A stretch of 64,000 nt of DNA. Origin: Eledone cirrhosa. Its lineage: Eukaryota. Under the pieces are notes generated by a model, which was not told the origin of the DNA, ran no database searches, and saw only the letters and a program-made list of their open reading frames with translations. Shown one piece after another: positions 28,411 through 40,970 of this stretch. Within the stretch, counting starts at the first letter, position 1, and every line of letters starts with the position of its first letter. The DNA lies in NCBI GenBank assembly GCA_964016885.1, contig OZ024744.1:34596001-34660000 (forward strand), given 5' to 3'. Position numbers and translations under genes: made by a program.

Positions 28411-29200
28411 AGATATAGAGAGATAAATATATATATAAAAAAATAAAAATAAAAATAAAGAAGGGGGGGAGAAAAAAGAAGAGAAAATATAGCCAAAAAG
28501 GGGAGAGAAGAAAGGAAGAAAACGAAAAGAAATAGAAAAGGAATGAAGGAGAAGGGAAGGATATAGGTATTGGTTTTTGTGCGTAATTAAAGGGGTTAGA
28601 TACAATAAGAGTGTAGAAAGTCTAAGTATATGCAGTTTGTCAAGTGGTAGTAAGAGATTAAGGGTTCGATTTGCACTTGTAGTGCGAAAACTTTTCTTTG
28701 AGTCTATGGTTACAATAAATTGATCTTTAGATTTTATTGTTGAGTAACTTATTCTTCGAACTCAAAATGTGGAACAGCTCAAGGTCACATAATCGACAGC
28801 TTCTCATACCACTCCGATATGGGGGCGCGTTCGATAATCTTTTCCACTTTAGGGTGTATTGGTGGTTACTTTCCAAAAAAATGTTTTTCTCTATATATTA
28901 AGAACTTTTTTAAGAGTAACTTACTCACTATTTTGAAAATTTGGACGTGAACAACAATTATCATTGAGTGGCTGCTATTTGCAGTATAGCAATATAAGGT
29001 TGCACTGATCAATGAAACGGTCGTAAATACCTGGATAAAATCCTTTTCTTAATGCTTACCTGTGTTTTCTCTTTTATACTTTATACTCCAAGATTGAACA
29101 GAATTCTTACAAACTTGTGGAGTTACCCCTAACCGTCCATGAAACTGGCTTTCTTAACCACGAACTGGATCACAATAAGCATTTTTCTGCTTCCCTAACT
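27934..29200. mobile_element. Penelope-derived element: 200-bp inverted arms, GIY-YIG C-terminal remnant, hammerhead in both arms
   Basis: IR 27934-28136 / 28879-29080. Minus strand 28690-28876 reads HQYTLKW.IIERA.PYRSGMRSCRLCDLELFHIL...LLN...CNHRLK, matching the C-terminus of ORF 35786-36697. Confidence 0.8.
28929..29029 (+). ncRNA. Hammerhead ribozyme, U3-A8 variant with long stem II (mirror copy about 27985-28085, minus)
   Basis: tatt TTGAAAA tttgg...(t/c)caat GAAAC ggtc GTA aata. Confidence 0.55.
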
Positions 29201-29370
29201 ATATATATATAAGAGTGAGAAATGAAATTGCGTTTCATTCTTTTCCATTTACCGTTTTCGGTGCGCCCGGCCGACTAACTCACTCGATATGCAAATTAGG
29301 CTGCTCAGCCGTTAATATGCCTGAGGAAAGTATATACTTTCAGACGTTCAATCATCTGACAGAAAGGTAT

Positions 29371-29413
29371 ACGATGCTGATGATAGCTAATAAGCTTGAA
29401 ACTAGTACATCGT
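29371..29413 (+). ncRNA. Minimal type I hammerhead ribozyme with palindromic stem III
   Basis: acgatg CTGATGA t-agct-aata-agct-t GAAAC TA GTA catcgt. Stem I extends via ctgaca..aagg / cctt.tgtcag. Confidence 0.85.
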
Positions 29414-29816
29414 TCCTTTGTCAGTGTTGAACAAAAAGGCGACGATGGTTGCCAAACACTGTACGGCGTAATTCGGGCTGTTTGTTTACAAACAAACCGA
29501 ACATTATAATAAATGTTCTGTAAACCCATACGTACATATATATATATATGTGTGTGCATGTATGTATATATATATACATACTACTGTGCGTCTGTATACA
29601 TATATGTATGTACGTATACATAGTTACATTTAAGTAACAGCCGTACTAAGAGTGAGAAATGAAATTTCGTTTCAATCTTTTCCATATATATTTATTTTTA
29701 TTTATTTTTTTTTTGTACCCATTCCACCGTTTTTCCTTCCTCCCCACTTTTTTTCTAAATGTCTCTCCTCCACTTCCCTACACACCCTCGGAACTCTCTT
29801 CCCACCCACTTTTCGC

Positions 29817-29842
29817 CTGAAGAAGGGCTTATGCCCGAAACG
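29817..29842 (+). ncRNA. Truncated hammerhead core
   Basis: CTGAAGA a-gggc-ttat-gccc GAAACG, then poly-C replaces stem III and stem I. Confidence 0.45.
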
Positions 29843-29930
29843 CCCCCCCCCCCCCCACCCACTCTCAAGAGCGTGAAACTAATAAACCTTTGTTCGTATA
29901 GCCTCTCTGTTTTGTTCCCGTTCAATTTTT

Positions 29931-29970
<40 letters not shown>

Positions 29971-30062
29971 CTGTCCGTCTTTCCGCTGTTTATTTTCCCA
30001 TTGACTTTGTCCTGTTCGCTCCCTATTTTGAATATATTTATATATATATATATATATATATA

Positions 30063-30814
30063 TGAAGTATTTCCGAAGAAAACGTAAAGGAAAAGAGAGT
30101 GCTCTATGTAGGCTACAGAGCTTTTTAGTTATGTAATAAACAACATAAGATAATTAATTCATTTACCAGTGGTTTCTTGAAGACAGATATTTACATCTGT
30201 CTTCAGTCATCAGAAAGAATAAAATGGTGTGTTTATTGAATATGAATTTGAAAACAAAATTTAGGAAATATGAAAGTGAGGCTGAAATCGAATAACGGAC
30301 AAAGAATTGAGGGGGAAAATATATAAATAAATATCCAGAACATAAACATACACACACTCAAACACGCGCTTATACATAATTGTACGTAGACGTATACATT
30401 CTCACATAAGCGTATGTGCGTCTACACTCATACATGTACTCAATAATAACGCATATTGAGTACACGTGTGAGTGTGAGCCTGTGTGTGCGCATATATGAG
30501 CAAAAGACCACACGTTTTATGTGTCTCTTCGTATTTCCATGTAGACGCACATACGCTTATGTGAGAATGTATACGTCTACGTACAATTATGTATAAGCGC
30601 GTGTTTGAGTGTGTGTATGTTTATGTTCTGGATATTTATTTATATATTTTCCCCTCAATTCTTTGTCCGTTATTTGATTTCAGCCTCACTTTCATATTTC
30701 CTAAATTTTGTTTTCAAATTCATATTCAATAAACACACCATTTTATTCTTTCTGATGACTGAAGACAGATGTAAATATCTGTCTTCAAGAAACCACTGGT
30801 GAATGAAATAATTA
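30063..30814 (-). mobile_element. ORF-less fold-back element, about 270-bp arms, hammerhead in each arm
   Basis: IR about 30150-30424 / 30540-30814. CTGATGA c-tgaagacagat-gtaaat-atctgtcttca-a GAAACC act GGT(A/G) at 30752-30801 (+) and 30164-30213 (-). TA tracts on both sides. Confidence 0.85.
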
Positions 30815-30829
30815 TATATATATATATAT

Positions 30830-31490
<661 letters not shown>

Positions 31491-31495
31491 CATAT

Positions 31496-31571
<76 letters not shown>

Positions 31572-31930
31572 ATATATATATATTTATTCAGAGGTACTGA
31601 GTTAAGTTCAACAGTACATCCTCATCAGATAAAATAAAATGATACATGACATACCCTGACATAGTAGATGGTTAAGATTCAGCCAGTACCTCTGAAATAT
31701 GTATAATAAAATATAATTGATCTCAAGAATATCTATTTTGTTAATATTTTGAATTAATATTAATAACTCTGGAAAACCTTTAACTGTTGAGTGCTTCCAA
31801 TCTATTGTAAAACTCATTCTTTGATGTATTCATTGAACCTTGTTTAACTTTTAAATATATATATATATATCAATTTCGTTTATGAATTTGTTTAGCAAGA
31901 TTCTTTATCTGAAAACGTGTGTTGAAATCG

Positions 31931-32000
31931 ATATTGTTATACTTTGGGAGGGTCATGTTGCAAATATTGGCAACATGACCCTCCCAAAGTATAACAATAT
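31931..32000. repeat. Near-perfect palindrome (about 31-bp arms)
   Basis: atattgttatactttgggagggtcatgttgc-aaatattg-gcaacatgaccctcccaaagtataacaatat; one arm recurs at about 57223-57250. Confidence 0.9.
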
Positions 32001-32212
32001 ATATATGATATATATGTACAAACTCTATTAGCATATCACAATTGTTTCGATATCACTCAGCTCAGGGTACAATCAAAATGCTGGCGGCCGACTCTTCTTC
32101 GCATTAACACCGGAGTACAACTTGCTTCGAAAGGCGCGCCGCCTGTAACTGTAATTACACACCTATCTAAGATATATATATCGGTTGTCCTTCCTGTTCC
32201 TATAACCATGCC

Positions 32213-32260
32213 CATTCCGAGCTGAAGATACGCTAAGGTGAAACAATTGTTCTCGGTATG
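32213..32260 (+). ncRNA. Minimal hammerhead ribozyme in a Penelope pLTR-like direct repeat
   Basis: cattccgag CTGAAGA t-ac-gctaag-gt GAAAC aatt GTT ctcggtatg. A second copy (32392-32472) lacks stem II. Confidence 0.75.
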
Positions 32261-32283
32261 GTGAACTAACTGTTGTGTAACCA

Positions 32284-32377
<94 letters not shown>

Positions 32378-32477
32378 CATATATTATTTATATCTAAGAT
32401 ATATATATCGGTTGTCTTTCCTGTACCTATAACCATGCCCATTCCGAGCTGAAGGTGAAACAATTGTTCTCTATACA

Positions 32478-33413
32478 GGTTGAGGCCAATCTCTCGGTCG
32501 TTATTTACCTCGACGTTACCCTCAATTTATCGAATGGCTTGTATTACCCGTATAGAAAGCTGAATGATACGCTTAATTACATAAGTAAGCATTCCAACCA
32601 TCCTGCCAGCATAACCAAGAACCTGGTAAGAAACGTTTCTTTGAGGCTTTCCCGTCTATCTACTAACGAGCATATTTTCAACGACTATTCCACATATTAC
32701 AATGAAGCTCTTGCTCGCAGTGGATTTGTCGATAAGGTAGCATATACAGAGTACGAGAATAGACCTAGATGAAATAGATCCCGACGCATTATATGGTATA
32801 ACCCACCATATAATATGGAGGTGGCCACACCATTAGCTATGATCTTTCTATCCTTTATTACGAAGTATTTTCCCCCTACACATAAATATAGTAACATTTT
32901 TAATAGAAATACTATTAAAATTTCTTACTCTACGACTCCTAACCTTGCACATGACATCACAGGTTCAAATTTAGCTAAACTACCTAGCCGTAGGAACACG
33001 TGCAACCCTGCAGTTAGTACTAACTGTAATTGTAGGAATCGAGTTGATTGCCCCTATCCGGGAAATGCCTCTCTAGTAACATTGTCTACAAATGTAAGGT
33101 TCAAACACCCACGTCCCGTAGGGCCTACATATGGTTAACCGCCAATAGATTCAAGCAGCGTCTTTACATGCATACCCATTCTTTTTGATGCCCTCTAAGA
33201 AGGAATATGTCGTCACTTTCAGCTTATATCTGGAGTCTAAAAGACAACCATACCCAATATAAGTTACACTGGGAGATCCTAGCTTGGGCTAGATCGTATA
33301 ACGGAAATAAAAGACCATGTGACCTCTGCGCCGCTGAGGCCCTGGAAATACTCTACGCCACAGACCACATCTTAAACAAAAAATTTGAAGCAATTTCGGA
33401 TTGTAAACAATAG
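32478..33413 (+). pseudogene. Penelope-like RT C-terminus plus GIY-YIG remnant
   Basis: YLDVTLNLSNG.Y.PYRK...YISKHSNHP, IWYNPP, KISYSTTPNL, CNCRNRVDCP, WEILAWARSY..CDLC; several frameshifts. Confidence 0.9.
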
Positions 33414-33416
33414 TCT

Positions 33417-33455
<39 letters not shown>

Positions 33456-34376
33456 GTGGGAAAGTAAAAAATCGGAGAATAGACCGTTAAAACATGTTTA
33501 TTAAAAATATCACCTACGTACGTTTTGCCCAGTTGGGCTTCTCAAGGGCATAAATAATCACAAGTGTTCCTTATATTGCTCGGAAAGAGTTTTGGGGGTT
33601 AAATCCACATCAAGGTTCATTGCTCGCAAAAATATCTTGTTTTTATTTTGCAGCAGGTCAAGGGAGGTAACTCTGGCCGGTGTTAGAGCAGTCTTTCCCG
33701 GACAATTTTTTTTTTTTTTTTTGCCGCATCCGTTTGTCTGAGGCTGGGTCTGGTATGCAAGGATTGTTTCCTGGGTGTTATTTTGCAGCGCCTGCCCGCC
33801 GGGGTGTTAAGACTTGTTGCAGGGAGATCCAGTGTACTATTTCACTCTTCATCCTTAACCCATCTGAAGAAGGATAGTTTTAAGCGATGTGTACAACTTA
33901 TCGCTGTTTCAGCTCTGCTGTTGATGAGCTCGTGGGGTGCAGTTATGATGTGGTAGAGCTCCATGAGGCAAATATCGCATTTCCTCTTGAAGTTGTACGG
34001 TGCAGCCCTGCCGACAATCTCCCAGTGCGTGGAGAAGCTGATGTTTAAGTCCTTTAGTGATGTGATGTAGTCCGCGAGCGAAGTGGAGTGCCTTAGTTTT
34101 CTATTTGTGAAAGAGTGGAGATGTGTTCGAAACCTAATTTTGAACGGGCCGGAGGTGGCCCCTATATAATGTTTAACGCTATTGTGGCTAGTAATAGTGC
34201 ATCTATATATAACCCTATCAGTCAAGCAGTATCCTCTAAGGGGGTAGCGTCCTCTGTCGCGGCAGTTGCAATTTCTGTCGCAGTTCCGTCTATTTCCCAC
34301 GGTAAGGTTATCATTGTTGCTGCCTACGTTGTTACCTACGCTACCGCAGCTGTCGTTAGCACAATTACAACCCACA

Positions 34377-36697
34377 TCTATAAGGAACTACACAAAGACT
34401 ACAAAAAGACACCCTCTAGTACCCTAAATGACATAAATAGAGTAGGGAAGGATATAGTCACCAGCTTAGAAATAGAAAAGTACACTAACCCGTACGTCCC
34501 TCTGACGCCTAAATTCACTCTTAAGGATCACAAATATGACTTTAATGAAAGCCCCTCTATTAGACTAATATGCCCCTCTACATCAGATATAGGTAAGATT
34601 AGTAAAGTGATCCTCGACAGAGTACTACTCGAGCTTAATAGAAAGGCTAAGGTCTGCCTTTGGGGCAACACCGACCAGGTCATAAATTGGTTCACCGAGT
34701 TGCCGGATAAAACCACCCTGAAATTCATCCAGTTTGATATAGATAGCTACTACGCCTCTATCTCCTCCATACTCTTAAATAAGGCACTTATCTTAGCTAG
34801 ATCTAACACTAGCCTCACTAAAAAAGAAATAGACATAATTCTAGCGGCACGTAGAACCATTATCCAGTTCGAAGGCTCCCACTGGACCAGAACCAACCGT
34901 CCTGATAACTTCGATGTCACGATGGGGTCCAGTGACTCAGCGCAAGCAACTGACCTGGTCGGGATATACCTCCTACATAAGCTTAGGGAATAAATACCGG
35001 CCCTACAAGGAGGTGTATATAGGGACGACGCCGTTTACCGTTAGGAACCATAGCCCCCGTAGGATAGAGAACCTTAACAAACATATACACAGGTTCTTTA
35101 AGTCATACGGCCTATCCGTAACTATGGACCTCAACCACAGGGTTGTCAACTTCCTGGACGTGACCCTGGAGTTGAGTACGGGCTTATACAAGCCATACCA
35201 TAAGCCCGGAGAGTGCCTCTCTTATATTAATTATGGCTCCAACCACCCTAAGCAGACTCTCAACTCCATAGTCTATAGTATCTCACATAGAATCTCGAGG
35301 CTATCCGCCAATGAGGATATCTTCAACCAAGCGGCTGATTACTACAATAGGGCCCTGATAAGCGCCGGCTTTAACCGAGGAATTTCCTACATCCCTAACG
35401 CTAGCTCTAGAAACCACCCCCCTCATAAAACTAACGTTATAGTAAGCCATACCTATAACCGATCACGCGGCTACCTCGTTGAAGTCGGATATAATAGAAT
35501 AGATAACCGCACCAAAGATCACGTCCCCGGCGACGGTGAACACTGTAGATTACTCAAACTATTCCCCTATTACAAAACCAACAAAGGCGACGGCCTACTA
35601 CCAACGCCTTCCAACCAACATCTTCGTGTACATAAACATGGAAGAGGTAGAAAGAGTGCACCCGAGCATAAAGTGAAAGGGGAACCGAACGGGCGACTGC
35701 GCATTAACACACATAAGAGCGGTCACTTAGATGGAACCACCCGTAGCAAAAGTACAAGGACACATAATCGCCACCGTAACGTCCTATGGTCCCCCCCCCC
35801 TACTCTCGGAGTGTGGCCTCCAACATACCCCGGATGTTCTTCGAAGCCTTAGAGAAGAACTTCCCGCCCAACCATAGGTATAGAAAAATTCTTAATAGGA
35901 ACAATATAAAAATATCCTTCTCTACTACTCCTAACCTAGCAGACATCATAGGAACAACGAACCACAGTAAGATCACCAAGACACAGCACCTCGACACAGA
36001 TGCACCTACACCTGACAATAACTATATCGGCCTTAACAACTCCCTGGCAGCATCCAATAGTGTTGGCAACGGCATCCGCAGACGCAACCAAAATGACCGC
36101 GAAATGACTGGGGAACATGCAGAACATGACGTGCGGAATAACAATCGCACCACCCCGCGTGCTGTGGGTTGTAATTGTGCTAACGACAGCTGCGGTAGCG
36201 TAGGTAACAACGTAGGCAGCAACAATGATAACCTTACCGTGGGAAATAGACGGAACCGCGACAGAAATTGCAACTGCCGCGACAGAGGACGCTGCCCCCT
36301 TAGAGGATACTGCTTGACTGATAGGGTTATATATAGATGCACTATTACTAGCCACAATAGCGTTAAACATTATATAGGGGCCACCTCCGGCCCGTTCAAA
36401 ATTAGGTTTCGAACACATCTCCACTCTTTCACAAATAGAAAACTAAGGTACTCCACTTCGCTCGCGGACTATATCATATCACTAAAGGACTTAAACATCG
36501 GCTTCTCCACGCACTGGGAGATTGTCGGCAGGGCTGCACCGTACAACTTCAAGAGGAAATGCGATCTTTGCCTCATGGAGCTCTACCACATCATAACTGC
36601 ACCCCACGAGCTCATCAACAGCAGAGCTGAAACAGCGATAAGTTGTACACATCGCTTAAAACTATCCTTCTTCAGATGGGTTAAGGATGAAGAGTGA
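34377..36697 (+). pseudogene. Penelope RT/GIY-YIG polyprotein, frameshifted
   Basis: Pieces lie in ORFs 34115-34993, 34914-35852 and 35786-36697; frameshifts near 34990, 35035 and the poly-C at 35790. Confidence 0.9.
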
Positions 36698-36987
36698 AAT
36701 AGTACACTGGATCTCCCTGCAACAAGTCTTAACACCCCGGCGGGCAGGCGCTGCAAAATAACACCCAGGAAACAATCCTTGCATACCAAACCCAGCCTCA
36801 GACAAACGGATGCGGCAAAAAAAAAAAAAAAATTTGTCCGGGAAAGACTGCCCTAACACCGGCCAGAGTTACCTCCCTTGACCTGCTGCAAAATCAAAAC
36901 AAGATATTTTTGCGAGCAATGAACCTTGATGTGGATTTAACCCCCAAAACTCTTTCCGAGCAATATAAGGAACACTTGTGATTATTT

Positions 36988-37030
36988 ATGCCCTTGAGAA
37001 GCCCAACTGGGCGAAACGTACGTAGGTGAT
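36988..37030 (+). ncRNA. Minimal hammerhead (U3-A8 variant) in the Penelope pLTR; mirror copy 33509-33552 has G12A
   Basis: cc TTGAGAA gccc-aact-gggc GAAAC gtac GTA gg; stem III is the palindrome ACGTACGT; stem I is short. Confidence 0.7.
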
Positions 37031-37629
37031 ATTTTAAATAAACATGTTTTAACGGTCTATTCTCCGAATTTTTACTTTCCCACGTGATTACGCTCTGCTA
37101 ACTCTCTAGCCCACTAAATATTAACACTTCGAATATTTAATACTGCCGGCACTAGTATCGAGCACCTTTGGCATACGCTACTTGGCAAATAATTATATGT
37201 ATCACCTATCCCCCCTTTTTTTCTCTTTCTCGATACGTAAATACTATATATATATATATATATATATAAATATACATACATACATATATTATTTATACTA
37301 TGCCACAGGAAAGGCTTGTTTGACATCCATTTTAATATATACAGGAGCAATGGTTTTTATTTAAATTTAAAGATTTTCATTTTTTCTTCCAATAATTTCC
37401 CTTTCTCCACTCTCTTGTCATTATCGGTCTAAGAGATTTCGTCTGAATTTGTACCTATATTGAAGCATTCTTTGTCTTATGTATATACTCAAAAGAGGAC
37501 AACCCGTTTCATTGCTACACCTGACAAATAGCGATAAAATATCCCTTAAATCATACCCTACTGTTTTATGTATACATGTATGTATGTTCTTCTGGTTTTA
37601 TAATTTCACAAATTTTTTCCCAATAGAGA

Positions 37630-39477
37630 GAGAGTCGGTTTCTAACATAGACACAAGACTTTCTCATTGGAATTTACACAACATCAACTAGGTAGATTAT
37701 GTATGCATGCATGTGTAGATATGGATGTTATTGTATGTGTGGATGTGGATGTTTTGAGTTGTATGTGTGCATGTGTATATGCTTTGTATCTGTACATGTG
37801 TATTTGCAGTTATTAGATGCAACATTTTTGGAATGTTTTACATATATTTACTGTTCCATTAATGGATTGTAGTTGAAATTTCCTAACTAGTTGTGTTCCT
37901 GTGAAGCCTAGCTTTTCAAGATTTGTATTGAGGCAGTTACTAACATACCCCAGTGACCCAATAATCACAGGCATAAATCTGAAGGTGTAATCAGGGTGGA
38001 GTATCTGCAGATTTCTCATCAGTTCTGCATAAATATTCTCATTTTCGCTAATCTTTGATATTATATTGGCATCCGCTGGGCAGCAGATTTCCACTACTGT
38101 GCATGCCTTCTTCTCCCTGTCCCATATCATAATATCTGGTCTGTTATGCCTGCATTTTATTGGGGTTTTTGCTGGAACATTCCACCAGTACTCTTTCATA
38201 TTATGTTCGTGGAAGTCTTCCACATTGCTGTACCTTTTAATATGTTTATTATCGGGGCTATCTTTTTTACTCTTGAGTGATAGAGGCCCTCCAACTTGCT
38301 AAAGTCCCAGACATTATTGTCAGAACCATAGAGAGGCTGTCTTCTTCTTGGGCTACTATCCTAAGGTTAAAGACAAAAAGGGAGGATTCTAATTTTACTG
38401 ATAAAATAAAATATTGCAGGGGTATATTTCAGGGGGACAGTCTCTCTGTGGGGAACAGAATCGAAAGTTTTCCTGTAGTCCAGCCAGACTGTAGCCATAT
38501 TCCTCCTAAGTTGTCGCCCCTCCGACATCGCAGTTTTGTTGATTAGGAGTTGTTCAGCACTTCCCCAAACCCCTTTCTTTCCAGCTGCTTGTTCATCTGT
38601 GATGATGTTATTATTTTCACAGTGATCTTGGAGGAATAGGTTCAGGCAAGCTGTATACATCTTATACATCAGGTTCTGGCATGCAATGGGTCGGTAGTTT
38701 TTTGCCAAGTGGGTGTCTTTGTTCTTGGGGACCAGTAATGTTTGTGCTAATGTCAACCATTCTGGTATAAGTGTATCTCCCTTACGAACTTGTTGGTAGA
38801 GGTCAGTAAGATACCTCCGATAGAATATCAGTTCTTTGTACCACTAGCCGAGAATCATGTCTTTTCCTGGTGTTTTCTTATATTGGAGTTTTCCTATCAC
38901 AGTCTCAAGGGTACCCTCACTTATTTCGTATGTTTTTGTTGTAGTGTAGGAGCAATAGTTCTTTCGGATTTCTCTTAGCCACACGACATCTTGGTTGAAA
39001 TTTTTCTTTTCCCCCCATATTTTGCTCCAAAAGGAATCTATGTCTTTCTGCGATGGGGCCTCAGTGACACTTATTATTTTGCCCTTCATATCTCTATTGA
39101 CTGATGTTTGGTTTCGTCTGAATCTTTTATTAAGCACTTTTCTCTCATCTACCCTCTTCAGGTATCGGCGTTTTTCGCTAACAGCTCTCAATTCTTGTTT
39201 GAGGGTGATCAGCTTATATTGGAGAGTTCTGGTTCTACTGTTACCAAACATCGTCTCTATTTTATTTTTCACTCTTTGTTGGTGAGGAGTGGGGTTTGTT
39301 TTGAGTTTGTTTGCATGTAAGGAGCATTGTCACATGTCCTATGTTTTTTCATAGGTCAGCAATCTTTTTTTCTATTTTAGTTATATATGGTGGTATTTTT
39401 GGTGGTGTTTTGTTCTTGTTAATATCTCTGCTATCACCAAGAAAATGCTTCACTGTCGTTGCTAAGGCATATAAATG

Positions 39478-39511
<34 letters not shown>

Positions 39512-39970
39512 TGTATGTATGTATGTATGTATGTATGTATGTATGTATGTATGTATGTATGTATGTATGTATGTATGTATGTGGCATCAATCAGGTGCTT
39601 ATTCAGATTTGTTCGTATCTCTTGGCAGTGTTGATTCGAATCATGTGAGAGAGCTAATAGATGGTTCGGTATTGGTTTCACAGATAAGCTCACAAATCTT
39701 TCTACATTTTCTGCTGTTTTACTAGCTAGTCATTGGTCAATGTGAACGCTCATTATTTGACCTTGAAATACGTGAGCTATTCCAGTTCGTTGCTTCACTT
39801 TGTCAACCATTGCTGTGCTACTGTAACACAACTTTACACAATTACAGCGATTCTATCTCCAGCAGCAACTTGGTGAATTCACAGGTAGTCACAAATGCCT
39901 TTGCCCAGCAAGCTGAAAATCGCAAATTGTTGAAGTACGAAGCATCTTTCCAATAAGTTTATCGACGAAT
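37630..39970 (-). mobile_element. R4/Dong-like RLE LINE, decayed, with internal inversion
   Basis: NYRPIACQNLMYK, EQAAGKKG.WG..EQLLIN, WLDYRKTFDSVPH, RLE HNRPDIMIWD...VVEICCP...FMPVIIGSLG; (CATA)n insertion 39478-39581. Confidence 0.88.
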
Positions 39971-40330
39971 CTGTAGAGGTGGAGTCCTCTGGAGACCTGA
40001 ATCCCCTAACCATCTCCCTACCTACAGCTATCGGGTCGGAGTTTTTTATCTGTAAGGATGGGGGGGGGGTCACAACTTGGAATGGCTCTGTCTGTGTGTC
40101 TCCTTCGTTATCCTCTAGTGTAACACATTTGTAATTCTCTCCGGGACCATGAGGTAATATTCATCTAAGGTTTTGCACTTCGGAGAGAGAAAAAACGAAT
40201 AAATAGTGGAAGAGGAAAACTGAACACGAATAAAAACATGAAGCCTGTTTGTACTGTGAATTATTAAGTATTTCCGTTAAACAATACATTTACATAACCA
40301 AGTCTGGAAACTTTCTAACACCTCTCTCTT

Positions 40331-40414
<84 letters not shown>

Positions 40415-40970
40415 ACTATCTCTCTCTCACACACACACACACTCTCTCTCTCTTTCTCTTTCACACACACACTCTCTCTCTCTTTCTCTTTCACACACAC
40501 ACACACACACACACACTCTCTCTCTCTCCTATGAGTGTGTATGTGTATTTGTGTGTTTGTTTGCGCGTGTGCGTGTGTTTCTGTGTGCAAGTGTATGCGT
40601 ATGTGTTACTTTATGTGTGTGTGTGTGTGTATGTGTGTGTACGAGAGTGTGAATGATGAGAGATAGATAGAGAGTGAGAAAGTGGGGGAGAAAGTGTGGA
40701 AGAGACTGATAAAGAGAAACAAGGAAACAGTTAGTTAAACGAACAAGGTTGTATGGAGATTTATCTGCGATAACAGAAAGGTTTTAAGAGATGACATAAC
40801 AGGATTAGAGTGACAATGGTGTTGGACATTTGTGTGATGTCTCAGTACAGATGATCTGATTATTTAAATCGGATTTAATCCATCTCGCTGATAAATCTCA
40901 ATAATGCAAGATTACTGGTAAATTATCTCAAGAAATATAAAGGGAATATTACAGATTGATCTTCTAAACC

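Larger units (their letters stand above)
33454..37243 (+). mobile_element. Penelope-like retroelement (Naiad-like), 5'-truncated, with inverted 5' pLTR
   Basis: Inverted about 920-bp copy (33454-34376) of 36163-37085. RT motifs IRLICP, FIQFDIDSYYASI, FDVTMGSSDSA, GVYRDD (YRDD 35018-35029), NFLDVTL, YINYGSNHP. GIY-YIG VIYRC...YIGAT..FKIRF..H. 3' tail to about 37243; TA tracts on both sides. Confidence 0.93.

Noticed and set aside
34115-34376. N-terminus of ORF 34115-34993 and antisense ORF 35936-36424 as separate proteins
   Set aside because: Antisense read-through of the inverted GIY-YIG segment.
36698-36980. SECIS / selenocysteine recoding as reported for some Naiad elements
   Set aside because: The conserved Cys codons here are TGT/TGC, and the ATGA at about 36919 does not form a convincing SECIS stem by eye.
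39960-40075. HDV-like ribozyme at the 5' end of the R4-like element
   Set aside because: Could not build the P1/P2/P3 double pseudoknot by eye.
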